A DNA stretch of 64,000 nucleotides from Spirochaetia bacterium (lineage in GTDB: Bacteria > Spirochaetota > Spirochaetia > UBA9216), in contig CAXXYH010000004.1 in assembly GCA_963677925.2 (NCBI GenBank), positions 320,001 to 384,000 on the forward strand. The letters run 5' to 3'. The notes under the pieces were generated by a model. The model was given only the letters and a program-made list of their open reading frames with translations. It searched no databases and was not told the DNA's origin. Positions 50,827-61,130 of the stretch are shown one piece after another. The first letter of the stretch is position 1. Every line of letters starts with the position of its first letter. A program made the position numbers and the translations under genes.

Positions 50827-50956
50827 TATTGTCCAACACATGAATTATTAACAAGTTTTCGGTTCAGAAATATTTGTTTTTAACTTATATTACAAATAGT
50901 TATTAAGATTTTTGTCTGTAAATATTCAACACTCGAACTAAAATAGCAGTATATAT

Positions 50957-51997
50957 CTAAAAATTGTTTAGATATTGAAATATTTTTTTTAACTCATTAG
51001 TAATATTAATTTGAAAATTTTCAAATCTATACTTTTCATTCAACTTCTTAAAATTGGATTTTTCAAGTTTTTCGATATTTTCCAACAAATAAATTAATTC
51101 TCCTTCAGAATAAGGATTAAAATGATATATTCCGGGATCTTTAAATTCTTTTAAGGAACCTGCATTTGATAAGAATATTCTTTTTGAAAATCTCATTGCT
51201 TCAACAACAGGTAATCCAAAACCTTCATATAACGATGGTAAAATAAAAGCTTCTGAATAATAATACAAATTCATCAATTGTTTATCATCAACAAATCCTA
51301 ATTGGATAACTTGATTATCATCATATTTTTTTTTTCCACCAGCTAAAATCAGTTTTATTTTATTATTTGTTTTTTTTATACATTTTATTAAGAATTCCAA
51401 ATTTTTCTGATTTCTTTCATTCCCAACATAAAGAACATACTTATCTTTTATAAACCTTTCTTCAAAATCAGTTTTTACGGTTGATGAATATTTTGACCAC
51501 AAAGGTACAGCAATAGAATCTCTTTTAAAATCTTTCAAAACATCTCTTCTTGTACTCTCAGAAACGGTAAAAATATAGTCAGAATTCTTTATGCTTCTTT
51601 TAACTATAAACCTATAATAAATTGTACCAAATTTATTAACTAAATTCCTATCGGAAAAAAAGTTCTCAATTTTATAGAACATTAGATCATGCACAGTAAT
51701 TATATAATTTATATTTCTTGGTTTTATGAATGAATTAGAGTAAAACATTGAATGTAGGACATCTATATTATATTTTTTAATTATATAAGAAGTAAACAAG
51801 AAATGAAAGACATTATATGGTTTAAGATTCGTTATTATTTGTTCAAAAAAGGCAAACTCATTATAATATCTATTTACTAATAATAGAATATCGCAAGTTT
51901 TTATATTATTTTTATATATATATATCAAGGCTTTAGTATAATTTGATATTCCGGTTTCATTGTCACTTAATAATCTACAATCCAGCAGTATTTTCAT
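50957..51997 (-). CDS. GT4 glycosyltransferase
   Basis: TVHDL, VSESTRRD, KNL, PSLYEGFGLPVVEAM. Confidence 0.9.
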   Translation of the reverse strand: MKILLDCRLLSDNETGISNYTKALIYIYKNNIKTCDILLLVNRYYNEFAFFEQIITNLKPYNVFHFLFTSYIIKKYNIDVLHSMFYSNSFIKPRNINYIITVHDLMFYKIENFFSDRNLVNKFGTIYYRFIVKRSIKNSDYIFTVSESTRRDVLKDFKRDSIAVPLWSKYSSTVKTDFEERFIKDKYVLYVGNERNQKNLEFLIKCIKKTNNKIKLILAGGKKKYDDNQVIQLGFVDDKQLMNLYYYSEAFILPSLYEGFGLPVVEAMRFSKRIFLSNAGSLKEFKDPGIYHFNPYSEGELIYLLENIEKLEKSNFKKLNEKYRFENFQINITNELKKIFQYLNNF

Positions 51998-52009
51998 AAA
52001 CTTTTTCCA

Positions 52010-53203
52010 TTAATATTTTAGACGTCTATGTTTATTAAAAACAATTATAGATAAAAGATGGTTAATAAAATAAATAAAATAATAGCAGATTAACTGAAAA
52101 ATCACAAAGTTTAAAGCTATGTAAAATCTAGCTTTAAATAAAAGAAACAGGTTTGAATAGAGAATCACTTTTAAATAAGCATCTTGTTTAATTTTATTAA
52201 CTTTAAAAATTATAATTGCAAATATTATCGTTAGAATAATAGGTCCTATATAAGGCAATACTAAATGAGCCGCGGCTGGATAAAAATACCCCCCCATTGG
52301 TATAAATTTTTCTTTAATTACACCAACTGTATACATTTCGCTCATATAATTATTAACAGTATATAATGATGTACTTGCACCGATATATGATAAAAAAAGA
52401 TTAATAACTCCATTTAGTGAATATAAAATTAAACTGTAATTATAATTATAATCCACTACTTCAATCGTTTGCATCAATCCATAAGAACCAAAAACACCTT
52501 CACCAATAAAAGGATATAAAAAATTTAAAATATTAACGCCATTCCTTAATATTCCTATTAAAGCAATTACAATAATTAACCCTATAAAATAAATTAACAT
52601 GTTTTTTTTATTCTTTAATGTTAATATATAACTGATAAAAAGAACAAATAAATTTGTTCTTTGTGTATCTACATAACTTAACAGTATAAAACTTAATAAT
52701 ATTATAATTCTAATTTTCTCTTTTTTTCTATACCTGACAAAAATTATTATACCTAAGACTTGAAGTATATTTCTAAAATATGCTGTAATTGACGCTCCAA
52801 TTCCAGAGCGTTCTCCTGAAGTCCAATTGAATTGACTGCTTAAATAAAAGCCTATTGGAAATAATAAAAAATATAGATAGATGGGATTTATTGTTAGCTC
52901 AGGAAGTTTATTACCATAAAAACTTAGATATACTTTTTTCTTGTTAAACAACAAAATTATTGAATATGTAATTAAACAAAAAGAGGAAATTATTATTTGT
53001 TTATTCAAAACATCAAATCTATTTATATAAAGGGTAAATGGTATTGAATTCATATTTGGAAATATTTTATATATAAGATATGGAAAAAAATTATATAAAA
53101 TTATAAAGCCAAGAAAAATCCAATGTATTAAGTTGCTAATTTCAATTTTATTTTTATAGAAAACGATTAAACTGAAAATTATACTTACTAAAAATAATAT
53201 CAT
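52010..53203 (-). CDS. wzy: Polysaccharide polymerase Wzy
   Basis: About 10 TM helices, very low GC, located among glycosyltransferases in a wzx locus. Confidence 0.65.
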   Translation of the reverse strand: MILFLVSIIFSLIVFYKNKIEISNLIHWIFLGFIILYNFFPYLIYKIFPNMNSIPFTLYINRFDVLNKQIIISSFCLITYSIILLFNKKKVYLSFYGNKLPELTINPIYLYFLLFPIGFYLSSQFNWTSGERSGIGASITAYFRNILQVLGIIIFVRYRKKEKIRIIILLSFILLSYVDTQRTNLFVLFISYILTLKNKKNMLIYFIGLIIVIALIGILRNGVNILNFLYPFIGEGVFGSYGLMQTIEVVDYNYNYSLILYSLNGVINLFLSYIGASTSLYTVNNYMSEMYTVGVIKEKFIPMGGYFYPAAAHLVLPYIGPIILTIIFAIIIFKVNKIKQDAYLKVILYSNLFLLFKARFYIALNFVIFQLICYYFIYFINHLLSIIVFNKHRRLKY

Positions 53204-53216
53204 GACTTAATTAACC

Positions 53217-54314
53217 TTATCCAAAAAAGCTATCTATTACTTCAATTGTTTGACTATCAAATCTATCTTCATCAAAATATATAGATACATTATTCATATC
53301 AACAAATTTAAAATAGTCTTTATTCTTTTTCAATTCAAAGATTTTTTTATATAAGTCATTCAAGTTTGAAAACTGATATTTAACTGGAACAAGCCCATCA
53401 TATAATTCATGCATAGGTGCGATGACTGGAATATTTAATGTTAATGCTTCAAGAACGACTAATGGAACGCCTTCAAAATAAGAAGTAAGTATTAAAACAT
53501 CAGTATTTTTATAAATTTTTTCTTTATCACTTTCCCATCCGTGAAATTTGACATTTTTCTCATTGATAAATTTTAATCTTTTTTTAGCCTTAATTAGATC
53601 TTTTCCATCTCCAAAAATGTTAAATATAAATTCATGTGAATTCTTTTTTAAAATCTCATTAATTAAATCAATAAACAAAAAAATGTTTTTTTGTTTATTC
53701 ACCATTCTTCCCACCCAGGTTATTTCTTTATAATTATTTTTATTTTTATTAATAATTATCGATTTCCTTTCGATATAATTATCTATAATTTTTATTTTAT
53801 AATCCAGAACACCTCTTTTTATCCCCAGAGCTCGCTGATACAAGGAAATTGTAATAAGATTATCTATTTTATTAAATAGTAAACTATTTAATAGATCTCT
53901 TATAAATCCAAGTTTTGATTTAATATCGCGTTTTGATTGTAATAATGGGATATAATTGACACACTTAAAATTATTTTTTTTTGCAACAAGAAAACCAAAA
54001 CTTGATAATTCAATATCTCCTTGAACAAAAATAATTAGTTCTGGATTTATATCTTTAAAGATACTCAAAATTTCATTCTTTTTATTTGTAAAAATATGTA
54101 TTAAAGAATAAAAACATTGTGGTTCTTTTGAGAAATAATTTACTGTAATAATACTTATATCTAAATCAGATAACTTTTGATATAACCGTTCATTTTGATT
54201 ACTTATTACTACTGAAATATCATAATGTAAAATTAAAGACTTAATTATTTTGACCATCATCTCTTCATGACCACCAAAATGAATTGTATCATTATATAGT
54301 AATATCTTTTTCAT
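53217..54314 (-). CDS. GT4 glycosyltransferase
   Basis: GGHE, VGRM..QK, SYFEGVPLVVLEAL. Confidence 0.88.
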   Translation of the reverse strand: MKKILLYNDTIHFGGHEEMMVKIIKSLILHYDISVVISNQNERLYQKLSDLDISIITVNYFSKEPQCFYSLIHIFTNKKNEILSIFKDINPELIIFVQGDIELSSFGFLVAKKNNFKCVNYIPLLQSKRDIKSKLGFIRDLLNSLLFNKIDNLITISLYQRALGIKRGVLDYKIKIIDNYIERKSIIINKNKNNYKEITWVGRMVNKQKNIFLFIDLINEILKKNSHEFIFNIFGDGKDLIKAKKRLKFINEKNVKFHGWESDKEKIYKNTDVLILTSYFEGVPLVVLEALTLNIPVIAPMHELYDGLVPVKYQFSNLNDLYKKIFELKKNKDYFKFVDMNNVSIYFDEDRFDSQTIEVIDSFFG

Positions 54315-54323
54315 CTCATCCCA

Positions 54324-55334
54324 TTATAAATTAAATAATTCTTTCCATGAATTTTTAATATTTTTTATTGAAAATTTTGCTGATGCCCTTATTGCATTCA
54401 TAGAAATCTGATGCAAATCCTCTCTTTTCATAATTGAACTTAATTTATCAATTTCCCATGAGTCTACAAGAAAACCATCAACACCATCTGTGATTATATT
54501 TCGAGGCCCAATATGATTACTTGAAATAACAATAAGGCCTTGAGACATAGCTTCAATAATTACTATGCCAAAAAGTTCTTCCCATTCATTATTTTTTATA
54601 GAAGGAACAAAAAGAAAACTATTATTTCTATAAATTTCTGTAAGTTTTTTTTTGTCATCAATGAATCCAAAATATTTAATATTTTCACTGTCTTCTATTT
54701 TTTGTTTTAATTTTCCTTTACCAATTACAGAAATTTCATAATTTTTAAAAAGTAAACTATTTGAAAATGAAATAAGGATCTCGACTCCTTTACATTCTTC
54801 TAATCTACCAACAAAAAGTATTTTATTATCAATCTCCTTTATGCCTGAAAATAAGGGCAAATCAACCACATGAGGTATTGTTCTGATAGGACCCCTATAA
54901 TCTATACTTTTTCTAATAGACCTTTCACTTGATTCTAAAACTGTAACTATTGCTTTAAAATTATCATAAAAATTTTTATTTTTTAATTTAAATTTATCCC
55001 AGTATGGCCAAGAAGTGTGATATATCAAATCATGTCTATTTTTTAACAAATTAAAAACTCTCAATCGTTTATGAAAAGGTTTACATCCAATAACAATTGT
55101 TAAATCTCTTTTAAAAAAGAGATTTATATATTCAATAAAGGACTTTAAACAAATTGATAAATTATCTAATGTTCTTCTCTTGATAATATCCGCTAAAATT
55201 TTTCTTAAGGGAAATAAAAATAAAATTTCTAATTTTATTCCAGATTCTAATGATAATGCTTCGATTGCTTTAAAATAGATTCTCCCGTCGATATCATGAA
55301 AAAGTAATATCTTTTTAGATAATTTTCGCACCAT
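54324..55334 (-). CDS. GT4 glycosyltransferase
   Basis: FVGRLEECKG, EELFGIVIIEAM. Confidence 0.88.
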   Translation of the reverse strand: MVRKLSKKILLFHDIDGRIYFKAIEALSLESGIKLEILFLFPLRKILADIIKRRTLDNLSICLKSFIEYINLFFKRDLTIVIGCKPFHKRLRVFNLLKNRHDLIYHTSWPYWDKFKLKNKNFYDNFKAIVTVLESSERSIRKSIDYRGPIRTIPHVVDLPLFSGIKEIDNKILFVGRLEECKGVEILISFSNSLLFKNYEISVIGKGKLKQKIEDSENIKYFGFIDDKKKLTEIYRNNSFLFVPSIKNNEWEELFGIVIIEAMSQGLIVISSNHIGPRNIITDGVDGFLVDSWEIDKLSSIMKREDLHQISMNAIRASAKFSIKNIKNSWKELFNL

Positions 55335-55342
55335 TAAACAAC

Positions 55343-56314
55343 CTAATTTGAATAATATTTTTTTTCAATATTTTCTCTATTATAATTCCATAAAACTTTC
55401 TGCATTACTACAATTGGATTTAAAAATTTTTTATTAAATAAACTAACATTATTTCTTTTAAAAATAATAATTATTGATAAAATTTTTCTTAATCTGAATC
55501 TATATCTTATAGCTAAGATAACTCTATCAAGTCCATGTAAATTCAATTTGTTAAAATCCTCTTTTGAAAGCCCTCTTTTTAAAAACTTGTAATGGTCGAT
55601 AAAGACCTTTAACCTACAATCAAATACATCTTGAGATATATTAGTAGTTAAACTTCCTTTACCTCGAGTAATACAATAAATGCAATTAGGATCTACTTCA
55701 AATTTTTTATAAAAGAAACCGATTTTAGTAGAAAACATTACATCATTTGAAGCAACAACCTCATCAAAATTGATATTAAATTCATTGAGGAATTTCCGAT
55801 TTATTAATTTAGAACAGGGTGACGTAAATCTATATCTAAGAAATAATTCCTCTTCATGTCCTGGGTTATGTATATAATTCCTTATTAAATTTTCATAGTG
55901 CAAATGTCTATCTGTAATTTCACCAGATTCTAAAATTACACTTGTAGGAATAAAAAATATGACATCAAATGAAGTACTAAAATACTTTGATACAATTTCA
56001 TAAAACCCGTTTAGAAACCAATCATCAGAATCAGAAAAAAGAAGCCAACGACCAGAAGATTTGTTAATCCCTATATTTCGACAAGCGCCAGCACCTTTAT
56101 TTCCTGAGGTATTTGAAAAAAACTTTATATGTGAATATTCCTTTTTAACTTTCAAATATTCAAATTTTTCGACACCATTAGTACTATTATCATCTATAAC
56201 TATGATTTCAATATTTTCCTTTTTCGGTATTGTTTTTAATAATTTTTCTAGTAATTCTGGTGCGTTGAAATGTGGTATTATTATTGAAAGGTCAATCTCA
56301 AATTTTTTATTCAT
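55343..56314 (-). CDS. GT2 glycosyltransferase
   Basis: SIIIP.FN, IDDNST, GAGACRN.G, FSDSDD. Confidence 0.9.
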   Translation of the reverse strand: MNKKFEIDLSIIIPHFNAPELLEKLLKTIPKKENIEIIVIDDNSTNGVEKFEYLKVKKEYSHIKFFSNTSGNKGAGACRNIGINKSSGRWLLFSDSDDWFLNGFYEIVSKYFSTSFDVIFFIPTSVILESGEITDRHLHYENLIRNYIHNPGHEEELFLRYRFTSPCSKLINRKFLNEFNINFDEVVASNDVMFSTKIGFFYKKFEVDPNCIYCITRGKGSLTTNISQDVFDCRLKVFIDHYKFLKRGLSKEDFNKLNLHGLDRVILAIRYRFRLRKILSIIIIFKRNNVSLFNKKFLNPIVVMQKVLWNYNRENIEKKYYSN

Positions 56315-56326
56315 TTTTTCAAACTA

Positions 56327-57583
56327 TTAAAATTTCTCTCCATTTCCAATTCCTATATAAATATTAGTAAAATTATCACTTCTATCACTATATGCATTTC
56401 GTCCATCAATAAATACTGGAATTTTATAAAAAGAATGCACATATTCATTAAAAATCATATGTTGAGTTATTAGAATAGCAGCATCACAATTTGATATTTC
56501 TTTTTCAAAATCTAAATCCTCCCAATATTCTTCTATGTAAGGATCAATTTTAATTACTTTTGCACCTAATTTCTCTAATGTATTTATTACTGGAAAAGCA
56601 GGTGATTCCCTAATGTCATTTACATCGGGTTTATATGATAAGCCTAAAACAAGAATTCTGCTATTTTTTATACTTTTTTCAATTCTATTTAATCCATTGG
56701 TACATAATGACACAGTATATTCAGGCATATTAGCATTTATTCTTCTAGCTAAACTTAAAAACTGGTGATCATAACCAATATCTTTACCTTTCTCAATCAT
56801 ATAATATGGATCTACTGCAATACAATGACCTCCTACGCCCGCACCAGGATAATGAGCCATAAATGCAAACGGTTTTGTTGATGCACCTTTAATAACTTCT
56901 AATGTATTAATTCCCTGTAATTGAAAGGATTGTGCCATTTCGTTTATAAACGCTATATTAATATCTCGGAAAGTATTTTCTAGAATTTTTGTAGCTTCAG
57001 CTGCTTTAATCTGAGAAAGTAATGTAATTTCTGCATCTATCATCTGTGAATATAAAGCTTTTGCTTTTTCTCCACTTTCCTTGTCGATACCTCCAACAAC
57101 TCTTGGGATATTACTTACATTCCATTTTTTATCTCCAGGATTAATACGTTCTGGACAATGAGCAAGATAGTATTTAACATTTGCCTTGTCTAATATTGGT
57201 TTAACGATTTCTTCACATACCCCAGGATAAATAGTTGATTCAATAACAACAATATCATCTTTTTTTAAAAATTTTACTATCTCCTCACAGGCGTTTATTA
57301 TATAACTTAAATCCGGTAAAGTTTTTGATTTTACAGGTGTAGGAACACAAATAATATAATTATTACTTTTAGAATCTTTAATTGATGTATACACCTCTAT
57401 TTGAAATTTGTCATATAATTTTTTGGTATATGTTTCTAAAAATTTTAGTTCTTTGCGAGAATTTATCAGTTCTACTAAGTTCTTATTTAGATCAACACCA
57501 ATTACATGGTTATTTTTGGATGCTGCTTGATATGCTAATGGCAAACCAACATATCCTAAACCAATTATAGTTATATTTTCCAT
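56327..57583 (-). CDS. UDP-N-acetylhexosamine 6-dehydrogenase (WbpA/WecC/TviB-like)
   Basis: GLGYVGLP, CVPTP, ESTIYPG, PERINPG, GVGGHCIAVDP. Confidence 0.88.
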   Translation of the reverse strand: MENITIIGLGYVGLPLAYQAASKNNHVIGVDLNKNLVELINSRKELKFLETYTKKLYDKFQIEVYTSIKDSKSNNYIICVPTPVKSKTLPDLSYIINACEEIVKFLKKDDIVVIESTIYPGVCEEIVKPILDKANVKYYLAHCPERINPGDKKWNVSNIPRVVGGIDKESGEKAKALYSQMIDAEITLLSQIKAAEATKILENTFRDINIAFINEMAQSFQLQGINTLEVIKGASTKPFAFMAHYPGAGVGGHCIAVDPYYMIEKGKDIGYDHQFLSLARRINANMPEYTVSLCTNGLNRIEKSIKNSRILVLGLSYKPDVNDIRESPAFPVINTLEKLGAKVIKIDPYIEEYWEDLDFEKEISNCDAAILITQHMIFNEYVHSFYKIPVFIDGRNAYSDRSDNFTNIYIGIGNGEKF

Positions 57584-57587
57584 TTTT

Positions 57588-58256
57588 TTACTCCTTTAAG
57601 GATAAAAACAAATTCTTATTTATTAAGATTTCTTTTTCTGACATATTAAAAATATTCTTATTTTTTTTTATCTTTTCAATATCCCAATCCCACCACTTGA
57701 TCTCTTCTAACAGATCTATACATTCTTTTGTAAATCTGGATTTAATAACTTTTGCGGGGTTTCCTACTACGATACTATATGGTGGAATATCTTTAACAAC
57801 GACACTTCCTGCGCCTACTATTGAACCTCTCCCAATATTAATCCCAGACAGAATAACAGAATTCGAACCAATCCATACATCTTCACCAATATTAATATCA
57901 CCTTTCGAATCAATCTCATTTAAATTATTACTTTTAAAAAGGTTTTGAAATATATAATAAGAAGTAATTCGATTATATTTATGATTATATTCCTGAATAA
58001 TTACATTTGATGCAATCGAACAAAAACTTCCTATTCTGATTTTATTTATTAATGAAGCAATTCTTGTTCCTGGACCATTTATTGTAGTATATCTACCAAT
58101 TTCAATTTTCCCCACTAAAGACACAACATCTTTAATTTTAGAACCAACTCCTATTTGCTTAATTAAATTATATGAAATCTTAGAAATATTATGTATCTCA
58201 ATATTATTTTTTCTAGCATAATTTCTTTTTATTATACTCTTAACAAACCTTATCAA
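57588..58256 (-). CDS. CatB/hexapeptide-repeat O-acetyltransferase
   Basis: IGSFCSIA, IGEDVWIG, GAGSVV.KDIPPY.IV.GNPA. Confidence 0.88.
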   Translation of the reverse strand: MIRFVKSIIKRNYARKNNIEIHNISKISYNLIKQIGVGSKIKDVVSLVGKIEIGRYTTINGPGTRIASLINKIRIGSFCSIASNVIIQEYNHKYNRITSYYIFQNLFKSNNLNEIDSKGDINIGEDVWIGSNSVILSGINIGRGSIVGAGSVVVKDIPPYSIVVGNPAKVIKSRFTKECIDLLEEIKWWDWDIEKIKKNKNIFNMSEKEILINKNLFLSLKE

Positions 58257-58296
58257 AATTATTCCTTTAGATAATAAATAGAAGATATAAACTATC

Positions 58297-59685
58297 CTAT
58301 TTATTTATTTCTTCCTTAAAAAAATTAGAACTTATTTTTTTTATAGGATACGCGTTTATAAATTCTTCTAATTCTTCTAAATTTTCAGCTATAGAGAAAT
58401 ATTTATTCTCTATAGCAAAATCCAAATATTCATAACCTGGAAGTCTCATAATTATAATTTTACATTCTAAAAGAGTTGCCTCAAAAATCATAGTAGAATA
58501 TACACCCACAACATACTCTATCTCATTTTGTATAAACTCATAGATATTGTCCTTTCTAAGAACTAATTCAAAATTTTCTAATTTTAAAGCCTCTAACAAA
58601 TCAGGATAATCTTTTTGCCAACCATCATATTCACCAGGATGTAGTTTATAATATACTTTAAGATTAATATGCTTTTTAGCATAATTATAAGCAATATTTA
58701 CTAAATCCTCTCCAATAGTTCCTTGAGAAATAAATAAAATTTCTTTACCTTTTTTTATTTTATTAATATCTGTAATAGTCTTTTCTAAATGGGGAAAACC
58801 ATATATGTATACAAATCTTCTATCTATGGGTAATGGTGTAGATTTAAACCAATATTCACCAAATAAAAACATTTTATTTGGAAAATATGGTATATTTTTA
58901 TTATGAGGGAAGCTATAACCTAAATGATACTTGGACATAGTTCCATGCTGAATTTCAATACAATCAATATTATTTTTATGACAAGCTGAGACAATACTTT
59001 CTTTTCCATATGAACAAATCAAATATACTTCTTTTACACAACGTCTCTTAAATAAATTAGTAAAAAAGGATTCTTCATATTTAAATTTTGTAATTAAGCG
59101 TATTACTATTGGATAGAGATCTATTGATAAATTAAATTTCTTATTTAAATCATTTAAAATAGATTTAAGTACTTTTTTATCCTCATCATCTATTATGATT
59201 TCTTTTTTCTTATAATTTATAGTATTTAATGAATTATAGTGTTCAAAATAACTTCTTTCTTTCGAGAATTTTGAAAAATGCTTTCCTTTATCTGGTAAAT
59301 CGACTATCTCAAATTTTTCATTTTTCTTTTTAAGATCCTCTACTATATATTTAGTATATATATCTATATATTTTCCATTTTCATAAGATTTGCGTCCACT
59401 TTCAAAAACAAGTATATCAATTTTTTTCTTTCTTCTTCCTACACTAAAAAACAAACTATTAAAATTTCTGATAAATAAATAATACAATCTTATAATAATA
59501 TTTCTTTTAACTCTTCTTTGAGCAAATCCAAACAAACCCAATGAATTTGCAATTATATTAAAAATAGTATTCCTAACTATTTTCCAATAATAAATATTAT
59601 TTATCTTTTTATTAAAAAGATCGTTCTTTTCCTCAAGATCCCAAAATATTTCACAAATTTTTTTTATAGTAAATGTATTATTCAT
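58297..59685 (-). CDS. Putative nonulosonic-acid (sialyl/KDN) transferase, GT-B-like
   Basis: EIQHG, FISQ, KLHPGE and VYST..FEA motifs; adjacent to wzx and CMP-nonulosonate genes. Confidence 0.55.
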   Translation of the reverse strand: MNNTFTIKKICEIFWDLEEKNDLFNKKINNIYYWKIVRNTIFNIIANSLGLFGFAQRRVKRNIIIRLYYLFIRNFNSLFFSVGRRKKKIDILVFESGRKSYENGKYIDIYTKYIVEDLKKKNEKFEIVDLPDKGKHFSKFSKERSYFEHYNSLNTINYKKKEIIIDDEDKKVLKSILNDLNKKFNLSIDLYPIVIRLITKFKYEESFFTNLFKRRCVKEVYLICSYGKESIVSACHKNNIDCIEIQHGTMSKYHLGYSFPHNKNIPYFPNKMFLFGEYWFKSTPLPIDRRFVYIYGFPHLEKTITDINKIKKGKEILFISQGTIGEDLVNIAYNYAKKHINLKVYYKLHPGEYDGWQKDYPDLLEALKLENFELVLRKDNIYEFIQNEIEYVVGVYSTMIFEATLLECKIIIMRLPGYEYLDFAIENKYFSIAENLEELEEFINAYPIKKISSNFFKEEINK

Positions 59686-59703
59686 ATATTATTAAAATTT
59701 TTA

Positions 59704-61122
59704 CTAAATTCTCTTTTTCAATTTAATTATTTCATTATAAAAAAAAATTAACCCAATTGTAATTAGTAATATTATTTTAAATGATAATGATAAATAATAT
59801 ATATTATTTGGAAGTGAGAAAAAGATACTTACCCCACCACATAGCGTTAACAGAAAAAATATTATTTTATTTATTCTAATGGTCTTAAATTTTAATATAA
59901 ATTTACTATTTACAAAATGAAAGACAAATAAAAAGAAATAAGATATAATTGTTGTCACTGCCGCTATTTGATATCCATATCTTGGAATCAGTAGATAGTT
60001 TAGAACTATATTAATGACTCCAGCTAGTAAAGTAAAAATTGAAATTGTTCCTGTTTTTTTATTATAAAAAGCATAATTACCAAATAAAGTATATAAAAAC
60101 ACGATCACATATCCTAATACTATATATGGAACAATATCTAGTGCCTCTAAATACTTTTTATCTGCCATAATTATAATTAATTCTTTACTAAATAAAATAA
60201 TTAATAATGCAATAAAAAAAATTATTTTTGCATATTTTTCAGCAATATTCTGAATTTCATCATATCTATTTTTTTCTAGTTTTTTATAAAAAATAGGAAT
60301 CCAGGCTTTATTCAGAGCCATTACAACTATATTCATTATCATTCCTACATTATAGGCAAAAGAATATAATCCTGTTTCATTAGTTCCAACCAATTGGTTT
60401 ATAATAATTCTATCAAATTGAGCTAAAATAAAGCCTGAAAGAGCATGAGGAATTAATGGAATTCCATAGGATAATGAATAATTAATATCCTTCCATCTAA
60501 AAGAAATTTTTGATTCTTTCAATAGACAGATAACTGAATAGATACTTAATAATACTGAAATTACTAATTGAGAATAAATCTTTCCATTATATTTTTCATC
60601 ACTTAATGAATAAACCCAAAGAACCGAAAGAATAGTTATTACACTATTTCTAAAGACTGAAAGAATCGCATATTTTCTACTATTTTGATGTGCCTGTAAT
60701 AACGACAGATACATTTGATAAAATATAGTTAAAATGGAAAGACAAATAGAAAAAATAAAAATATTTTCAGAAATTGAGAGTAATCTGGAAATGATAGATC
60801 GGTTTAAAAAAAATATGAATAAGATAAATCCATCAATGATTATTAAAAAAATTAAGTTTGATCCAATAAACGATGGATATTCTCCTTCTTTTTCAAAAAA
60901 TCTTCGAAAAATCGCTCCATGGATATTAAAACCTAGTACAATAGAAAAGATTCTTACATACGAATTAAAAACTGAAACTAAACCATAATCAGAAGGGGTT
61001 AAAATACGCGTGAAAATTGGAATAGTCAAAAAAGCAATCGCATTATTAAAAAAATCAGCTATTAGATAATTTGAAGAATTTAAAACAAATTTATTGTTTT
61101 TTATTGATTTAATGAATTTCAT
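59704..61122 (-). CDS. wzx: Polysaccharide flippase Wzx
   Basis: PIFTRILTPSDYG, FDRIII, GLYSFAY, LNYLLIPRYG; about 12-14 TM. Confidence 0.9.
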   Translation of the reverse strand: MKFIKSIKNNKFVLNSSNYLIADFFNNAIAFLTIPIFTRILTPSDYGLVSVFNSYVRIFSIVLGFNIHGAIFRRFFEKEGEYPSFIGSNLIFLIIIDGFILFIFFLNRSIISRLLSISENIFIFSICLSILTIFYQMYLSLLQAHQNSRKYAILSVFRNSVITILSVLWVYSLSDEKYNGKIYSQLVISVLLSIYSVICLLKESKISFRWKDINYSLSYGIPLIPHALSGFILAQFDRIIINQLVGTNETGLYSFAYNVGMIMNIVVMALNKAWIPIFYKKLEKNRYDEIQNIAEKYAKIIFFIALLIILFSKELIIIMADKKYLEALDIVPYIVLGYVIVFLYTLFGNYAFYNKKTGTISIFTLLAGVINIVLNYLLIPRYGYQIAAVTTIISYFFLFVFHFVNSKFILKFKTIRINKIIFFLLTLCGGVSIFFSLPNNIYYLSLSFKIILLITIGLIFFYNEIIKLKKRI

Positions 61123-61130
61123 CTTCTATG

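Noticed and set aside
57588-58256. CatB-like gene as chloramphenicol or streptogramin resistance
   Set aside because: Position inside a wzx/wzy cluster favours polysaccharide O-acetylation.
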